Both the position numbers and the translations under genes were made by a program. This document shows positions 1 to 10,280 of a stretch of 64,000 nt of DNA, one piece after another. The DNA comes from Candidatus Entotheonellaceae bacterium. GTDB lineage: Bacteria; Tectomicrobia; Entotheonellia; Entotheonellales; Entotheonellaceae. The stretch lies in NCBI GenBank assembly GCA_965238075.1, contig OZ250173.1:1024001-1088000 (forward strand), written 5' to 3'. Under the pieces are notes generated by a model, which saw only the letters and a program-made list of their open reading frames with translations, searched no databases and was not told where the DNA came from. How positions within the stretch are numbered: the first letter of the stretch is position 1; the number at the start of each line of letters is the position of its first letter.

Positions 1-342
1 TGCCTCAATTTCATGGGTGACGGCGCCTTCGGCATGTCCGGCCTGGACATCGAAACGTCCGTGCGTGCGGGTGCTCCCATCACCACCATCGTGCTGAACA
101 ACGGCGACATGGCGACCTACCCCACCGGCTACCAAACGGCGCGCGAGGTGTTCAACGTCACCTCCATGACGGGCGATTACGCCAAGATCGCCGAGGGCAT
201 GGGGGCCGTGGGCATTACCGTCACGCAGCCCGACGAAGTGGCCGGCGCCCTGCAAAAGGCGCAGCAACTCAACGCCGAGGGCCGCACGGTGCTACTGGAC
301 ATCCACACCAACTTCGAGGCGCGCCGCTCGCGTTTTGACTAG
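1..342 (+). CDS. Thiamine pyrophosphate-dependent enzyme, C-terminal part (acetolactate synthase-like), 5'-truncated by the window edge
   Basis: GDGAFGM...VLNN TPP-binding motif; frame open from position 1. Confidence 0.85.
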   Translation, partial: CLNFMGDGAFGMSGLDIETSVRAGAPITTIVLNNGDMATYPTGYQTAREVFNVTSMTGDYAKIAEGMGAVGITVTQPDEVAGALQKAQQLNAEGRTVLLDIHTNFEARRSRFD

Positions 343-449
343 GGGGCTACGCTCCTCCAACAAGTAAGGTTTACGAAACGCTTGGAAGACTTGGGACAGG
401 AAATTGATTGCCGGAATGGAACCCTTCATTCACGCAACCGGAGACACCC

Positions 450-803
450 ATGCTGAGCTAGCACCGCGTTGCCACCGCTCAAGCGTTTCTCGGCATCTCC
501 GATCGTGAGTTCGAGGCCGGTGACCGGCTACAGGCCTCAGAAAAGCTCTGGGGTGCTGCTTCCCATGCCGCGATGGCCGTTGCCTGCCATCGCGGCTGGG
601 GCCATCGTACCCGTCGTGACCTGAAAAACGCCGTGCAGCGGCTTGCCCAAGAGTCCGGCGACGACGCGTTGCACGCCGGTTTTCTGGCCGCGGAAAAGTT
701 CCACAAGAACTTCTACCACGATGAGATGGAAGACTTCGAAATAGAGATCGAACGTCCATTGATTCATATCTTCGTTGCCCGCACCCTGGCCCTGCTGGAA
801 TAG
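450..803 (+). pseudogene. PaREP1/HEPN-like protein with an in-frame TAG at codon 4
   Basis: GGAGA RBS, then ATG450 CTG AGC TAG(459-461); the frame continues AQAFL...GDRLQASEKLWGAA...FHKNFYH, typical of the PaREP1 family. Confidence 0.7.
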
Positions 804-852
804 CCGTGCACACCGATTAATACGAATACTGAACGGCTGTAGGAGCTTGCAA

Positions 853-1464
853 CTAACGCCCCAGCGCAAAGAACGCCTCGTTGGGGCGCATGTTGGTCAG
901 GTGGGCCAGCCGGTTGGACATGGCGAAGAGCGCCGTGATGGCGCCGATGTCCCAGATATCCTCGTCCGAAAATCCCGCCCCGCGCAAGATCTGCACGTCT
1001 GCTTCCTCAATTTGCTCGGGCTGGCGCGCCATCTTGAGGGCGAAATCCAGCATGGCCCGCTGCCGCGCCGTGATGTCTGCGTGACGGTAGTTCACCGTAA
1101 GTTCGTCGGCCAAAATGGAGTTCTTGGCGTAAATGCGCAGCACGGCGCCGTGCGCCACGACGCAGTACGGGCAGCCGTTAGCGGCGCTGGTGGCTACCAC
1201 GATCATCTCGCGCTCGGCCTTGGACAGGCCGCTGTCGCGCAGCATGAGGGCGTCGTAGTAGGCGAAAAAGGCGCGAAATTCGTCCGGCCGGTGCGCCAGG
1301 ACGAGGAAAACGTTGGGGATGAAGCCGGTTTTGGCCTGCACCTCGACAATGCGTTCTTGCAGGTCAGCGGGCAGGTCGTCAAGGGCCGGCACCGGGTAGC
1401 GGCTGATCGGCTTCTCGACCGCGGCAGGTTGGCGCTTGCGTTTTGGCATTGTACGGCTGGCCAT
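853..1464 (-). CDS. Peroxidase-related AhpD/carboxymuconolactone decarboxylase family protein
   Basis: GFIPNVF and EREMI..S..NGCPYCVVAHG motifs. Confidence 0.9.
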   Translation of the reverse strand: MASRTMPKRKRQPAAVEKPISRYPVPALDDLPADLQERIVEVQAKTGFIPNVFLVLAHRPDEFRAFFAYYDALMLRDSGLSKAEREMIVVATSAANGCPYCVVAHGAVLRIYAKNSILADELTVNYRHADITARQRAMLDFALKMARQPEQIEEADVQILRGAGFSDEDIWDIGAITALFAMSNRLAHLTNMRPNEAFFALGR

Positions 1465-1491
1465 GATCCGTCCTTCGTGTGTGCGGGGCTG

Positions 1492-3399
1492 TCAGGGGTT
1501 GCGGAGGATGCGTTTGTCCCCGGTGCGTAGGGTAATGCGCTGACCGTCGAAATGTTCCAGCAGCGGGATGGCGTACTTGCGGGATATTTCCAGCATGTCC
1601 CGAAACTTGCCGGCGGTAATTTCCCGGTGTGCTTCCAGGTGGGCGCGCAGGCGCTGCTCGATTTGGTCCAGCGCCTCCTTGTGGTAGAACACGTCGCCCT
1701 TCAAGCGCACCAGCCGGTTCTGATCTACCAGCACTTGCAGCAGGGCACGCGCGTCAGCGGGTTTGGAACTCTGCGCCGCCAGGGCTTCCTCGACGCTCGG
1801 TGGCTGAAAGGCGGCTTCCTGAAAGGTGTGTTCCAGGGCATCGACCAGCGCCTGCCGCTCGGGCGACAGCGTGACCGCGTGACTGGCCAGCTTCACCTTG
1901 TCGCGGCTGACCTCGAGCTCACCGGCGGCGGTCAGGTCGCGCAGGATGGCGCTGAACACCTTATCCGCCATGCGCGGAAATTTGCTGCGCAACTCCTCGG
2001 TGAACATGGCCGGCTTGAGCGGGTTGTGAAGGTGAAAGTCCGCCACCAACCCTCGCATCTCGGCGCAGGCCTGGTTGTAGCGTTCACGGTGCAGCAGCCA
2101 CGGTGGGTTGTCGTCGATCGCCACGCCGACGCCCTGCTCGGTGACCTCGGCAACCACTCGGCGCAGGACGTCGTCCTCCAATGGGGTGCGTTGCACGAGC
2201 TCCGGCCATTGCAGGCCGGCGTACCCGGCGTTGAACAGGTGCACGCTCAGCACCTCGGCGTCCTTGCCGTCGCGCAGCACGACAAGTTGGTCGAGAACCT
2301 GCGGGCGATGGCGCCGGTGCCGCACGGGCACGGCGTCCAGAATGACGCCGCCGCCGATGGTACGGATGGGCGAATAGCTGCGAATCACGTAGCGGTCCCG
2401 CGCCGCGGCAACCGTCGGTTGCTCCAGGTGCAGCTGCGCGCACACCTCCTCGCCGGGCCGCATCTCGTCGCGGTCGAGCAGCATGACACGCCCCATGATC
2501 TCGCTGGTGCCGATGTGGAAACGGACGCGGGCGCGGTGCTTCAGAGCACGCGGCGCGTCGTCCAGAAGTTTCAGCGTCACGTCCAGCATGTAGGTGGTGG
2601 GAAAACGCCCCGGCGTTGCCAGCACGTCGCCGCGCTGCAGGTCGTCCAATTCGACGCCCTGCAAGTTGACCGCGGTTCGCTGTCCGGCGACTGCCTCGCT
2701 GACCGTCCGGCTGTGCGCTTGCAGACCGCGCACCCGCGCCAGTTCACGCTTCGGCAACACCTCCAGGCGATCCTCAAGCCGCACGCTGCCGGAAAACAGG
2801 GTGCCCGTCACGACGGCGCCGAAACCGCGCATGGTGAACACGCGGTCGATGGGCAGACGCACCGGGCCGCCGGAAGTGCGCGGGCTGAGCGCTTGACAGG
2901 CGTTGCGCAACGCTTGCAGAAGAGCCTCCAGCCCCTCGCCGGTGCGTGAGGACAGCGGTACGATCGGCTTGCCTTCCAGAAACGTGCCGCGCAGGAATTC
3001 GGCGGTGTCGTCGCGTACCAGCTCCAACCACTCCGCCTCCACCATATCCGTCTTGGTGAGCGCCACCAGACCCGCCTGCACCCGCAACAGCTCGCAGATG
3101 GCCAGGTGCTCGCGCGTCTGCGGCATGACACCCTCGTCGGCAGCGATGACCAACAGCACGAGATCAATGCCGCCAACCCCCGCCAGCATGTTTTTGACGA
3201 ACCGCTCGTGGCCCGGCACGTCGACGATGCCCAGCTGCACCTCGTCCGTCAGGTTGAGGAAGGCGAAGCCGAGGTCGATGGTGATCCCCCGCTCCTTTTC
3301 CTCCTTGAGGCGGTCGGTGTCGATGTCGGTGAGGGCTTTGATGAGGCTGGTCTTGCCGTGGTCGATGTGGCCGGCGGTACCCAGGACGATTTGTTTCAT
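1492..3399 (-). CDS. selB: Selenocysteine-specific elongation factor SelB
   Basis: [29 protein letters not shown]-terminal winged-helix [14 protein letters not shown]. Confidence 0.97.
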   Translation of the reverse strand: MKQIVLGTAGHIDHGKTSLIKALTDIDTDRLKEEKERGITIDLGFAFLNLTDEVQLGIVDVPGHERFVKNMLAGVGGIDLVLLVIAADEGVMPQTREHLAICELLRVQAGLVALTKTDMVEAEWLELVRDDTAEFLRGTFLEGKPIVPLSSRTGEGLEALLQALRNACQALSPRTSGGPVRLPIDRVFTMRGFGAVVTGTLFSGSVRLEDRLEVLPKRELARVRGLQAHSRTVSEAVAGQRTAVNLQGVELDDLQRGDVLATPGRFPTTYMLDVTLKLLDDAPRALKHRARVRFHIGTSEIMGRVMLLDRDEMRPGEEVCAQLHLEQPTVAAARDRYVIRSYSPIRTIGGGVILDAVPVRHRRHRPQVLDQLVVLRDGKDAEVLSVHLFNAGYAGLQWPELVQRTPLEDDVLRRVVAEVTEQGVGVAIDDNPPWLLHRERYNQACAEMRGLVADFHLHNPLKPAMFTEELRSKFPRMADKVFSAILRDLTAAGELEVSRDKVKLASHAVTLSPERQALVDALEHTFQEAAFQPPSVEEALAAQSSKPADARALLQVLVDQNRLVRLKGDVFYHKEALDQIEQRLRAHLEAHREITAGKFRDMLEISRKYAIPLLEHFDGQRITLRTGDKRILRNP

Positions 3400-4832
3400 G
3401 GCGCCGGTACCAGTTCGTGCAGGGCGGCAGCGAGCTCGGGAATTTCGCGCTCCGTAACGGTACGCAAGTCCAGCAGCAGTTGATCTCGCGCGATACGCCC
3501 GATGATAGCCGGCTGACGGCAGCGCAGGCGCCGTTCGAGGCTGCTGACCGAGCAGAATTCCGGCTGCAGCGCCAGCAGCTTAGTGGGCAGAACGGCCATC
3601 GGCAGGGCGCCGCCGCCCACGGCTGAGGTGCCGTCGATCACGCGGGGCCGGTAGGCGGCGGCGCTGCCGGCCGGCAGCAGGCGCCGCAGCCGCCGAATGC
3701 GCCGGGCGACGTCGCGCGGCGACAGGCCGAGCATCGCCAGGGTGGGAATCTGCCGCCGCGCCGTTTGCGGGTCGGCGTACAGCTTCAGCGTGGCTTCGAG
3801 CGCCGCCACCGTGAACTTGTCCACCCGCACGGCGCGGTGCATCGGATGGCGCCGCAATTGATCGACGCAGGCGGCCTTGCCCACCACGATGCCGGCCTGC
3901 GGGCCGCCCAGCAGCTTGTCGCCGCTGAACGTCACCACATCGACGCCGCTGGCGACCACCTCGTTGACTGTTGGCTCGTCGTGCAAGCCGTACGGTTGCA
4001 GATCGACCAGCGTGCCGCTGCCCAGGTCCTCCATGACAGGCAGGCCGTGCTCGCGGCCCAGCGCGACCAATTCGTGCCGCGGCACCTCGGCGGTAAAGCC
4101 GACGATGCGATAATTGCTGGTGTGCACCCGCAACAACAGCGCGGTGTCGGCCGAAATGCCGGCGGCGTAATCCCGCAGATGTGTCTTGTTGGTGCTGCCG
4201 ACCTCGCGCAGGACGGCGCCGCTGCTGCGCATGATGTCGGGAATGCGGAACGAGCCGCCGATTTCGATGAGCTGGCCGCGCGACACGATCACCTCCCTGC
4301 CCTTGGCCAGCGCCTGCAGGGCCAAGTACACCGCCGCGGCATTGTTGTTGACCACCAGAGCGGCCTCGGCGCCGGTGAGGGAACGCAGGCGCCCTTCAAG
4401 GTGCCCGTAGCGGGTGCCGCGCTCGCCGAGCTCAACGTCGTACTCGAGGTTGCTGTAGGCGGCGGCCACCGTCCGCATGTTGTCCACCGCCGCGTCGGCC
4501 AGCAGCGAGCGCCCGAGATTGGTGTGCACGATGACCCCGGTGGCGTTGATGAGGGGCTGCAGTTCGCGGGCTTGCGCGGCGCCCAGGATGGCCTCCACCT
4601 GCGACAGCACGGCGGCCGAGCCGACGGGCAAGGCGGCCAAAGCGGCCTCTTCGGTGGTTTGCAGAATGCTGCGTCGGGTGGCTTCCAGCGCCTGGCGGAC
4701 AGCGTCCGTCACGGTTTGCCGCGACAGTCGGGCCTGCCAGTGTTGCGCTTGCGGCGTGCGCAGGAGTTCATCGACCGCCGGCAAACGGCGAAGATAGGAT
4801 AGGTGCACGTTGCCGGCGGGTTCGGAAGGCAT
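3396..4832 (-). CDS. selA: L-seryl-tRNA(Sec) selenium transferase SelA
   Basis: [44 protein letters not shown]; start set at ATG 4832; 4-nt overlap with selB. Confidence 0.96.
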   Translation of the reverse strand: MPSEPAGNVHLSYLRRLPAVDELLRTPQAQHWQARLSRQTVTDAVRQALEATRRSILQTTEEAALAALPVGSAAVLSQVEAILGAAQARELQPLINATGVIVHTNLGRSLLADAAVDNMRTVAAAYSNLEYDVELGERGTRYGHLEGRLRSLTGAEAALVVNNNAAAVYLALQALAKGREVIVSRGQLIEIGGSFRIPDIMRSSGAVLREVGSTNKTHLRDYAAGISADTALLLRVHTSNYRIVGFTAEVPRHELVALGREHGLPVMEDLGSGTLVDLQPYGLHDEPTVNEVVASGVDVVTFSGDKLLGGPQAGIVVGKAACVDQLRRHPMHRAVRVDKFTVAALEATLKLYADPQTARRQIPTLAMLGLSPRDVARRIRRLRRLLPAGSAAAYRPRVIDGTSAVGGGALPMAVLPTKLLALQPEFCSVSSLERRLRCRQPAIIGRIARDQLLLDLRTVTEREIPELAAALHELVPAP

Positions 4833-5057
4833 GGTCGAATCCTGTAAACGCGTGTCGGTCGCTTCTACGGAGGCAAGCATTGTAGCGTCTCGCATGGTGG
4901 AATGCCAGCCGCCCCGCGCGCTGCCGGGACGCTCCGCGACCCGTCTGGCGCCGCCGTCATGGCGGGGAAATTCGCGTTGACGCGCCCCGGCGCCAACCCT
5001 ACAATTAGCCAATCTCAGACCAACCGCACAGCCCCTCGGAAACGAAGGATTGTCCCC

Positions 5058-5816
5058 ATGTCCAAGGCGCCGCCAGCCTCTATTCGATTGCAGAAGGTCA
5101 TCGCACAGGCCGGCTTGGCCTCGCGCCGCAGAGCCGAGGAGATGATCCGGCAGGGGCGTGTGCGCGTCAACGGCCACCTGGTAACCGCCCTCGGCACAAC
5201 GGTCGACGCCAACCGCGATGACGTCGTGGTGGACGGTCGCCGGCTGCGCCCGCGGGCGCCGATGCGCTACATGATTCTGCACAAGCCGACCGGTTACGTC
5301 ACCACCGCCGACGACGAGAAGGGCCGCCCTACCGTGTTCGACCTGCTGAAACGCCAGCCAGTGCGCCTGTTTCCGGTCGGACGCCTGGACTTCAATACCG
5401 AAGGGTTGCTGCTGCTGACCAACGACGGCCCGCTGGCGAATCGTCTGCTGCACCCGCGCTACGGTACGCCGCGCGTCTACCTGGTACGCGTCAACGGCAC
5501 GGTAGCCGAAAGGGACCTCGAAACCATGCGGCGCGGCGTCGATCTGTCCGACGGCAGGACCTCGCCCGCGCAGGTACACGTGGTGCGGCGCTTTGAGAAG
5601 ACCTGCTGGTTGCGGATCACGCTGCGCGAGGGGAAAAATCGGCAGGTCCACCGCATGCTGGAACGTTGCGGCGGCTACGGTATTCGGAAGTTGCAGCGCG
5701 TTGGCCTGGGACCCCTGACCCTCGCCGGTCTCGCCCCGGGCCAGTTTCGCTTTCTCGATTCGTTTGAAGTGGACCGGTTGTACCAATCCTGTGGCCTCGA
5801 CAAAGCAGCGCCATAA
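5058..5816 (+). CDS. rluB: rRNA pseudouridine synthase (RluB/RsuA family)
   Basis: S4 domain RLQKVIAQAGLASRR; catalytic GRLD; EGKNRQVHRM. Confidence 0.9.
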   Translation: MSKAPPASIRLQKVIAQAGLASRRRAEEMIRQGRVRVNGHLVTALGTTVDANRDDVVVDGRRLRPRAPMRYMILHKPTGYVTTADDEKGRPTVFDLLKRQPVRLFPVGRLDFNTEGLLLLTNDGPLANRLLHPRYGTPRVYLVRVNGTVAERDLETMRRGVDLSDGRTSPAQVHVVRRFEKTCWLRITLREGKNRQVHRMLERCGGYGIRKLQRVGLGPLTLAGLAPGQFRFLDSFEVDRLYQSCGLDKAAP

Positions 5817-5838
5817 GCGCCGAGGCGGGGGAACACGG

Positions 5839-6738
5839 ATGCGCAAGACGATAATCGGACTGATCCTGCTGCTGTTGTCGGCGGCGTCGAACGGCTTTGC
5901 TGCCCCCTCGTGGACCTATCAGGTTGAGGGCGTCGGGGCCATCGTGTCGTCGGACCAGGCGGCGGCGCGGCAGCAAGCGGTTCGTGTGGCGCTGCGCGAG
6001 GCACTGGAAGAGGCCGTCCTGAACGTGCTCGGCACCGATGCGGTGGTGGCCAATATCCATGTGCTGAACGAGCGTTTGTACGCCGAGCCGTGGCCGTACA
6101 TCGCCAGCTACCGCGTGCTGTGGGAATACCCCGACGCGCCGGGCAAGGTCTACCGCGTCCGCCTGGAGGCAGAAGTCGCCTCGACAAAGGTGCGGCAAGC
6201 GCTGGCGGTGTTGGATTCGTCGGTCGCTGCGGTCGATCCGGGACGGCTGCCGGAAGATGACGCCGGACGGCTGGCCATCCTGATTACGGAGCGTCGCCTC
6301 GGCCAGGCAACATCGACGTGGTGGGCCGAGCGCGGCGTCGTCACCCGCACGCTGCGCTCGCAGCTGGCGGAACGCGGCGTGCGCATCGGCGAGTTGGAGC
6401 CCGGTCTGCATTGGGACGGCACCGAGGGCGCAGCCCTGAAAGCGGCGCGCGAGGCCGAGGTCGCCATGCTGCTGGTCGGTCATGCCGGGGTGCAACAGAT
6501 TTACAATGCGCTGTCCGGTTCCACCGTGCACGCCACGTTGCAACTGCGCGTTCTGGATACCCCCACGGGCGGCGTGCTGGCGCAGGAGTGGGGTGAAGCA
6601 AATGTGAATGGCACCCAATCCAGGCAGGCCGGCGCCCTTGCCCTCGAACAGGCGGCCCGCACGGTCGTGCCTCGGCTGATGGCGTTCCTGAGCGCTGCCC
6701 TGCAACCCACCCCGCCGGATTCGGCGGCGACGCCCTAG
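5839..6738 (+). CDS. Exported protein with FlgT-N/LPP20-like N-terminal domain
   Basis: Signal peptide MRKTIIGLILLLLSAASNGFA; G.GAI....AAARQQAVRVALREALE pattern. Confidence 0.6.
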   Translation: MRKTIIGLILLLLSAASNGFAAPSWTYQVEGVGAIVSSDQAAARQQAVRVALREALEEAVLNVLGTDAVVANIHVLNERLYAEPWPYIASYRVLWEYPDAPGKVYRVRLEAEVASTKVRQALAVLDSSVAAVDPGRLPEDDAGRLAILITERRLGQATSTWWAERGVVTRTLRSQLAERGVRIGELEPGLHWDGTEGAALKAAREAEVAMLLVGHAGVQQIYNALSGSTVHATLQLRVLDTPTGGVLAQEWGEANVNGTQSRQAGALALEQAARTVVPRLMAFLSAALQPTPPDSAATP

Positions 6739-6761
6739 ACCCTGGAGCACAGGCGCTACCT

Positions 6762-7640
6762 ATGCAAAGCATGACCGGCTACGGCCGCAGTGACGTGCAC
6801 GACGACCGGCTGGCCCTGACCATAGAGGCCAAGTCGGTCAACCACCGCTATCTCGACGTCGCCTGGCACTACCCTCGCACGTACGCGCCCCTCGAAGCGC
6901 GGATGAAACAACTCGTCAGTCAGCATTTCGCACGCGGCCGTATCGACATCCGCATCACCCTGGGCAAGAACGGCGATGCCTCCCGCACCGTGACGCCGGA
7001 TTACGCCCTGGCCCAACAGTATTACGAGGCGCTGCGGGAGTTGCAGTACCGCTTGGGGGCGCCGGGCACCGTCGACTTGAGCCTGCTCATGGGCCTGCGC
7101 GACGTGCTCAAGGTCAGCGAGAACGCGCCGGCGGACGTGGAGGCCGACTGGCCGCTCATTGCCGAGGGGCTGGCAGCGGCGCTTGCGGCGCTTAAGGCCA
7201 TGCGGCTGCAGGAAGGCGCCTTTCTGCGCGGGGATCTGAGCGCGCGCATGCAGGCGGTGGCGCAACAGGCGGCGCTCATCCGGCAGCGCCTGCCGCAGAT
7301 GTTGACGGACTATCTGCAACGTCTGGAACAGCGGCTCAAAGAATGGTTTGAACGCGTCGCCCTGGACGCCGCACGCTTGGCGCAGGAAGCGGTCCTGTTT
7401 GCCGAGCGCGGCGACGTCACCGAGGAGTTGACGCGCTTGGAGGCGCACTTGCAGGCCACGCAGACGCTGTTGGCCTCCGGCGAGACGGTGGGCCGCAGGG
7501 TCGATTTTCTGGTGCAGGAAATGCGTCGCGAGATCGAAACGATCGCCGCCAAGGCCAACGACCTGACGATTTCGCATTGCGTGGTGGAGATCAAGAGTGA
7601 GCTGGAGCGCTGCCGCGAGCAGATCCAGAACATCGAATAG
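6762..7640 (+). CDS. yicC: YicC/YloC family endoribonuclease
   Basis: SMTGYGR, SVNHRYLD, GRRVDFLVQEMRRE, REQIQNIE. Confidence 0.95.
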   Translation: MQSMTGYGRSDVHDDRLALTIEAKSVNHRYLDVAWHYPRTYAPLEARMKQLVSQHFARGRIDIRITLGKNGDASRTVTPDYALAQQYYEALRELQYRLGAPGTVDLSLLMGLRDVLKVSENAPADVEADWPLIAEGLAAALAALKAMRLQEGAFLRGDLSARMQAVAQQAALIRQRLPQMLTDYLQRLEQRLKEWFERVALDAARLAQEAVLFAERGDVTEELTRLEAHLQATQTLLASGETVGRRVDFLVQEMRREIETIAAKANDLTISHCVVEIKSELERCREQIQNIE

Positions 7641-7685
7641 CCGATGCGGAGTTGGGCCGGCCGGCTGCGCGTCACGGGACACCAG

Positions 7686-8315
7686 ATGAGCCGCAAGGGA
7701 ATCCTGTTCGTGATATCGGCACCCTCCGGCGTCGGCAAGACGTCGTTGTGCGAGGCGTTATGCGCCGACGTGGACGACGTGGTGCGCTCCGTCTCCTGCA
7801 CTACGCGCGCGCCGCGGGCGCAGGAACAAGACGGCCTTGACTATCACTTCATCAGCGCGCAACAGTTTGCCGAGCGTGTGGCGGCCGGCGATTTCCTGGA
7901 GTGGGCCTGCGTGCACCGGCACCGCTACGGCACGCTGCGGCAGCCCATCGACAAGGCCGCGGCCGCCGGCAAGGACGTCCTGCTGGTCATCGACGTGCAG
8001 GGCGCCGCGCAGTTGCGCGGCGCCGGTATCGATGCGGTGCACGTCTTCGTGCTGCCGCCCTCGTGGCAGACGCTGGAAGAACGGCTGGCGGGGCGCGAGC
8101 CCGGCGCCAAAGCAGCACGCTCAAGGCTGGCCAGCGAGAGGCTGGCGGTCGCCCGGCAGGAAAGCGCCCAATACGCAGCGTATGATTACGTGCTGATCAA
8201 CGACTGCTTTGCCGAAGCGCTTGCGGCGCTGAAGGCCATCGTCCTCGCGGAGCGCCACCGTGTTCGGCACGCTAATCCGGCACCCATCCGACAACTCCTG
8301 AACAGCGGTGCGTAA
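7686..8315 (+). CDS. gmk: Guanylate kinase
   Basis: SAPSGVGKT P-loop, SCTTRAPR..E.DG.DYHF, IDVQGA. Confidence 0.95.
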   Translation: MSRKGILFVISAPSGVGKTSLCEALCADVDDVVRSVSCTTRAPRAQEQDGLDYHFISAQQFAERVAAGDFLEWACVHRHRYGTLRQPIDKAAAAGKDVLLVIDVQGAAQLRGAGIDAVHVFVLPPSWQTLEERLAGREPGAKAARSRLASERLAVARQESAQYAAYDYVLINDCFAEALAALKAIVLAERHRVRHANPAPIRQLLNSGA

Positions 8316-8331
8316 GGTGGGAGTTTCAACC

Positions 8332-9555
8332 ATGCTGCAGGACAAAACCATCTTGCTCGGCGTTGGCGGCGGGCCGTTGACCTCGACGGCCGTCGAGGTG
8401 CTGCGTACCCTGCAGCGCGCCGGCGCCGGCGTGCGGGTCGTGATCAGCGCCGAGACCGAAACCTTTGTGCCGGGCCTGACCTTCCGCAGTCTCGCCGACG
8501 GCGACGTGATTATGCCCGGCGACCTGTACGGCCGGATGGGCGCGCAGGACTTCCATTCCCTGCACGGCCTGGTAAAGAATGCCGACGGCTTGGTGGTGGT
8601 GCCCGCCACCCCGGCGCTGATCGCCAAGGCGGCGGCCGGCTTGGCCGACGAGGCCCTGGTGCGAGCGATGCTGCTGCACGACGGGCCGACGGTGTTCGCC
8701 TTCGCCGCGCGCGCCGCCGAGTACCAGCACCCGCTGGCGCGGCAGAACGTGCAGCGCCTACGCGACGCCGGGATGATCCTGTGCGACGCCGGGGTGGCGG
8801 AAACGGACGACGCTGCGGACGAGCTGGGCTGGAACATCGCTGCCGCAACCGTGGTCGAGGCCGTCGCCGCGGCGCTGCGGCAGACGACCGTTCTGAGCGG
8901 CAAGACGGTGATCATCACCGCCGGCCCCACGCAAGAGCCGATCGACCCGGTGCGCCACATCTCCAACACGTCTTCCGGCAAGACCGGCTTTGCCCTCGCT
9001 GAGGCAGCCCGGCAACGCGGCGCCGAGGTCGTACTGATCACCGGCCCCACGCACTTGCAGGCGCCGGCCGGCGTCACCTGTGTCCCGGTCCGCACGGCGG
9101 TGCAGATGCGCGACGCGGTGCGGGAGCACGTCGCAGCCGCCGACGTGGTCATCAAATCGGCGGCCGTGTCGGATTTCCGGCCTGCAATCGCTATCGCCGA
9201 CAAGATCAAGAAGGAGGACGCGACCCTGAGCATCACGCTCGAACGCAACCCCGACATTCTGGCCGAGTTGGGCGCCGCAAAAGGCAACCGCGTGCTGGTT
9301 GGCTTCGCTGCCGAAACGCGCGACCTGCTGGCCAACGCGAAGCAAAAAATGAGCAAAAAGGCCCTGGACCTGATCGTGGCCAATGACGTTAGCGACCCCG
9401 CCATCGGTTTTGCCAGCGACCACAACCGCGTGCACCTGATCGACGCCGCCGGGGGCGTCGAGCCCTTGCCGGTGATGAGCAAGCGCGCCTTGGCGGAGAC
9501 CATTCTCGACCGCGTCCAGGCGGTGCTGGCGCAGCGCCAGGGAGGCAAGGCATGA
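8332..9555 (+). CDS. coaBC: CoaBC-like protein (intact CoaB ligase domain, degenerate CoaC decarboxylase domain)
   Basis: TAGPTQEPIDPVRHISN.SSGKTG, AAVSDF, GFAAET and IVAND are intact; the N-terminal flavoprotein motifs have diverged. Confidence 0.88.
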   Translation: MLQDKTILLGVGGGPLTSTAVEVLRTLQRAGAGVRVVISAETETFVPGLTFRSLADGDVIMPGDLYGRMGAQDFHSLHGLVKNADGLVVVPATPALIAKAAAGLADEALVRAMLLHDGPTVFAFAARAAEYQHPLARQNVQRLRDAGMILCDAGVAETDDAADELGWNIAAATVVEAVAAALRQTTVLSGKTVIITAGPTQEPIDPVRHISNTSSGKTGFALAEAARQRGAEVVLITGPTHLQAPAGVTCVPVRTAVQMRDAVREHVAAADVVIKSAAVSDFRPAIAIADKIKKEDATLSITLERNPDILAELGAAKGNRVLVGFAAETRDLLANAKQKMSKKALDLIVANDVSDPAIGFASDHNRVHLIDAAGGVEPLPVMSKRALAETILDRVQAVLAQRQGGKA

Positions 9556-10280
9556 ATCCGACTGGCGCCGCGGCCGCCGCGGCGCGCGACTACGTGCGCT
9601 ATTTGCAGCGCCTCGGCGTTACGGAACTGCCGTTGGTGCTGCCATCGCCGCGCGGCGCCGCGGTGGGCCCGAACGTCTCAAGCGCGGCGCCGTCCGCAGC
9701 CGACGACGCCGCGCAGTTGGCGCAACTGGCGGCCTCCGTCAGGGATTGCCAGGCCTGCCGACTGCACGAGGGCCGCCGGCAGGTGGTGTTCGGCACCGGC
9801 AACCCGGCAGCTGACCTGGTATTCGTCGGCGAGGCGCCGGGACGCGACGAGGACCTCCAGGGCGAGCCGTTCGTCGGCGCGGCCGGCCAGCTTCTCACCC
9901 GCATCATTCAGGCCATCGGCCTGACCCGTCAGGACGTCTACATTCTCAACGTCATCAAGTGCCGCCCGCCGCAGAACCGCAACCCGCAGCCCGACGAGGT
10001 GGCGGCGTGCCGGCCGATCATCGACAAGCAACTCGCCTGCCTGAAGCCGCGCGTCATCTGCGCCCTCGGCGCGTTTGCGGCGCAGGCCCTGCTGCATACC
10101 GATGAGCGCATTTCGCGCCTGCGCGGGCGATTTCACTCAATGGGCGACATCCTGGTGCGGCCCACCTTCCACCCGGCGTACCTGCTGCGCAATCCGCAGG
10201 ACAAGCGCAAGGTGTGGGAGGACATGCAGGACATTCAGCGTGAATTGGGCCTGCCGGGCCGGGGAGGACAAGGGAGATGA
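9552..10280 (+). CDS. Uracil-DNA glycosylase family 4 (Fe-S)
   Basis: [24 protein letters not shown]. Confidence 0.93.
   Translation: MNPTGAAAAAARDYVRYLQRLGVTELPLVLPSPRGAAVGPNVSSAAPSAADDAAQLAQLAASVRDCQACRLHEGRRQVVFGTGNPAADLVFVGEAPGRDEDLQGEPFVGAAGQLLTRIIQAIGLTRQDVYILNVIKCRPPQNRNPQPDEVAACRPIIDKQLACLKPRVICALGAFAAQALLHTDERISRLRGRFHSMGDILVRPTFHPAYLLRNPQDKRKVWEDMQDIQRELGLPGRGGQGR

Noticed and set aside
4833-5846. 816-aa SelA with a long N-terminal extension
   Set aside because: The extension is the antisense shadow of rluB; SelA homology begins near 4832.
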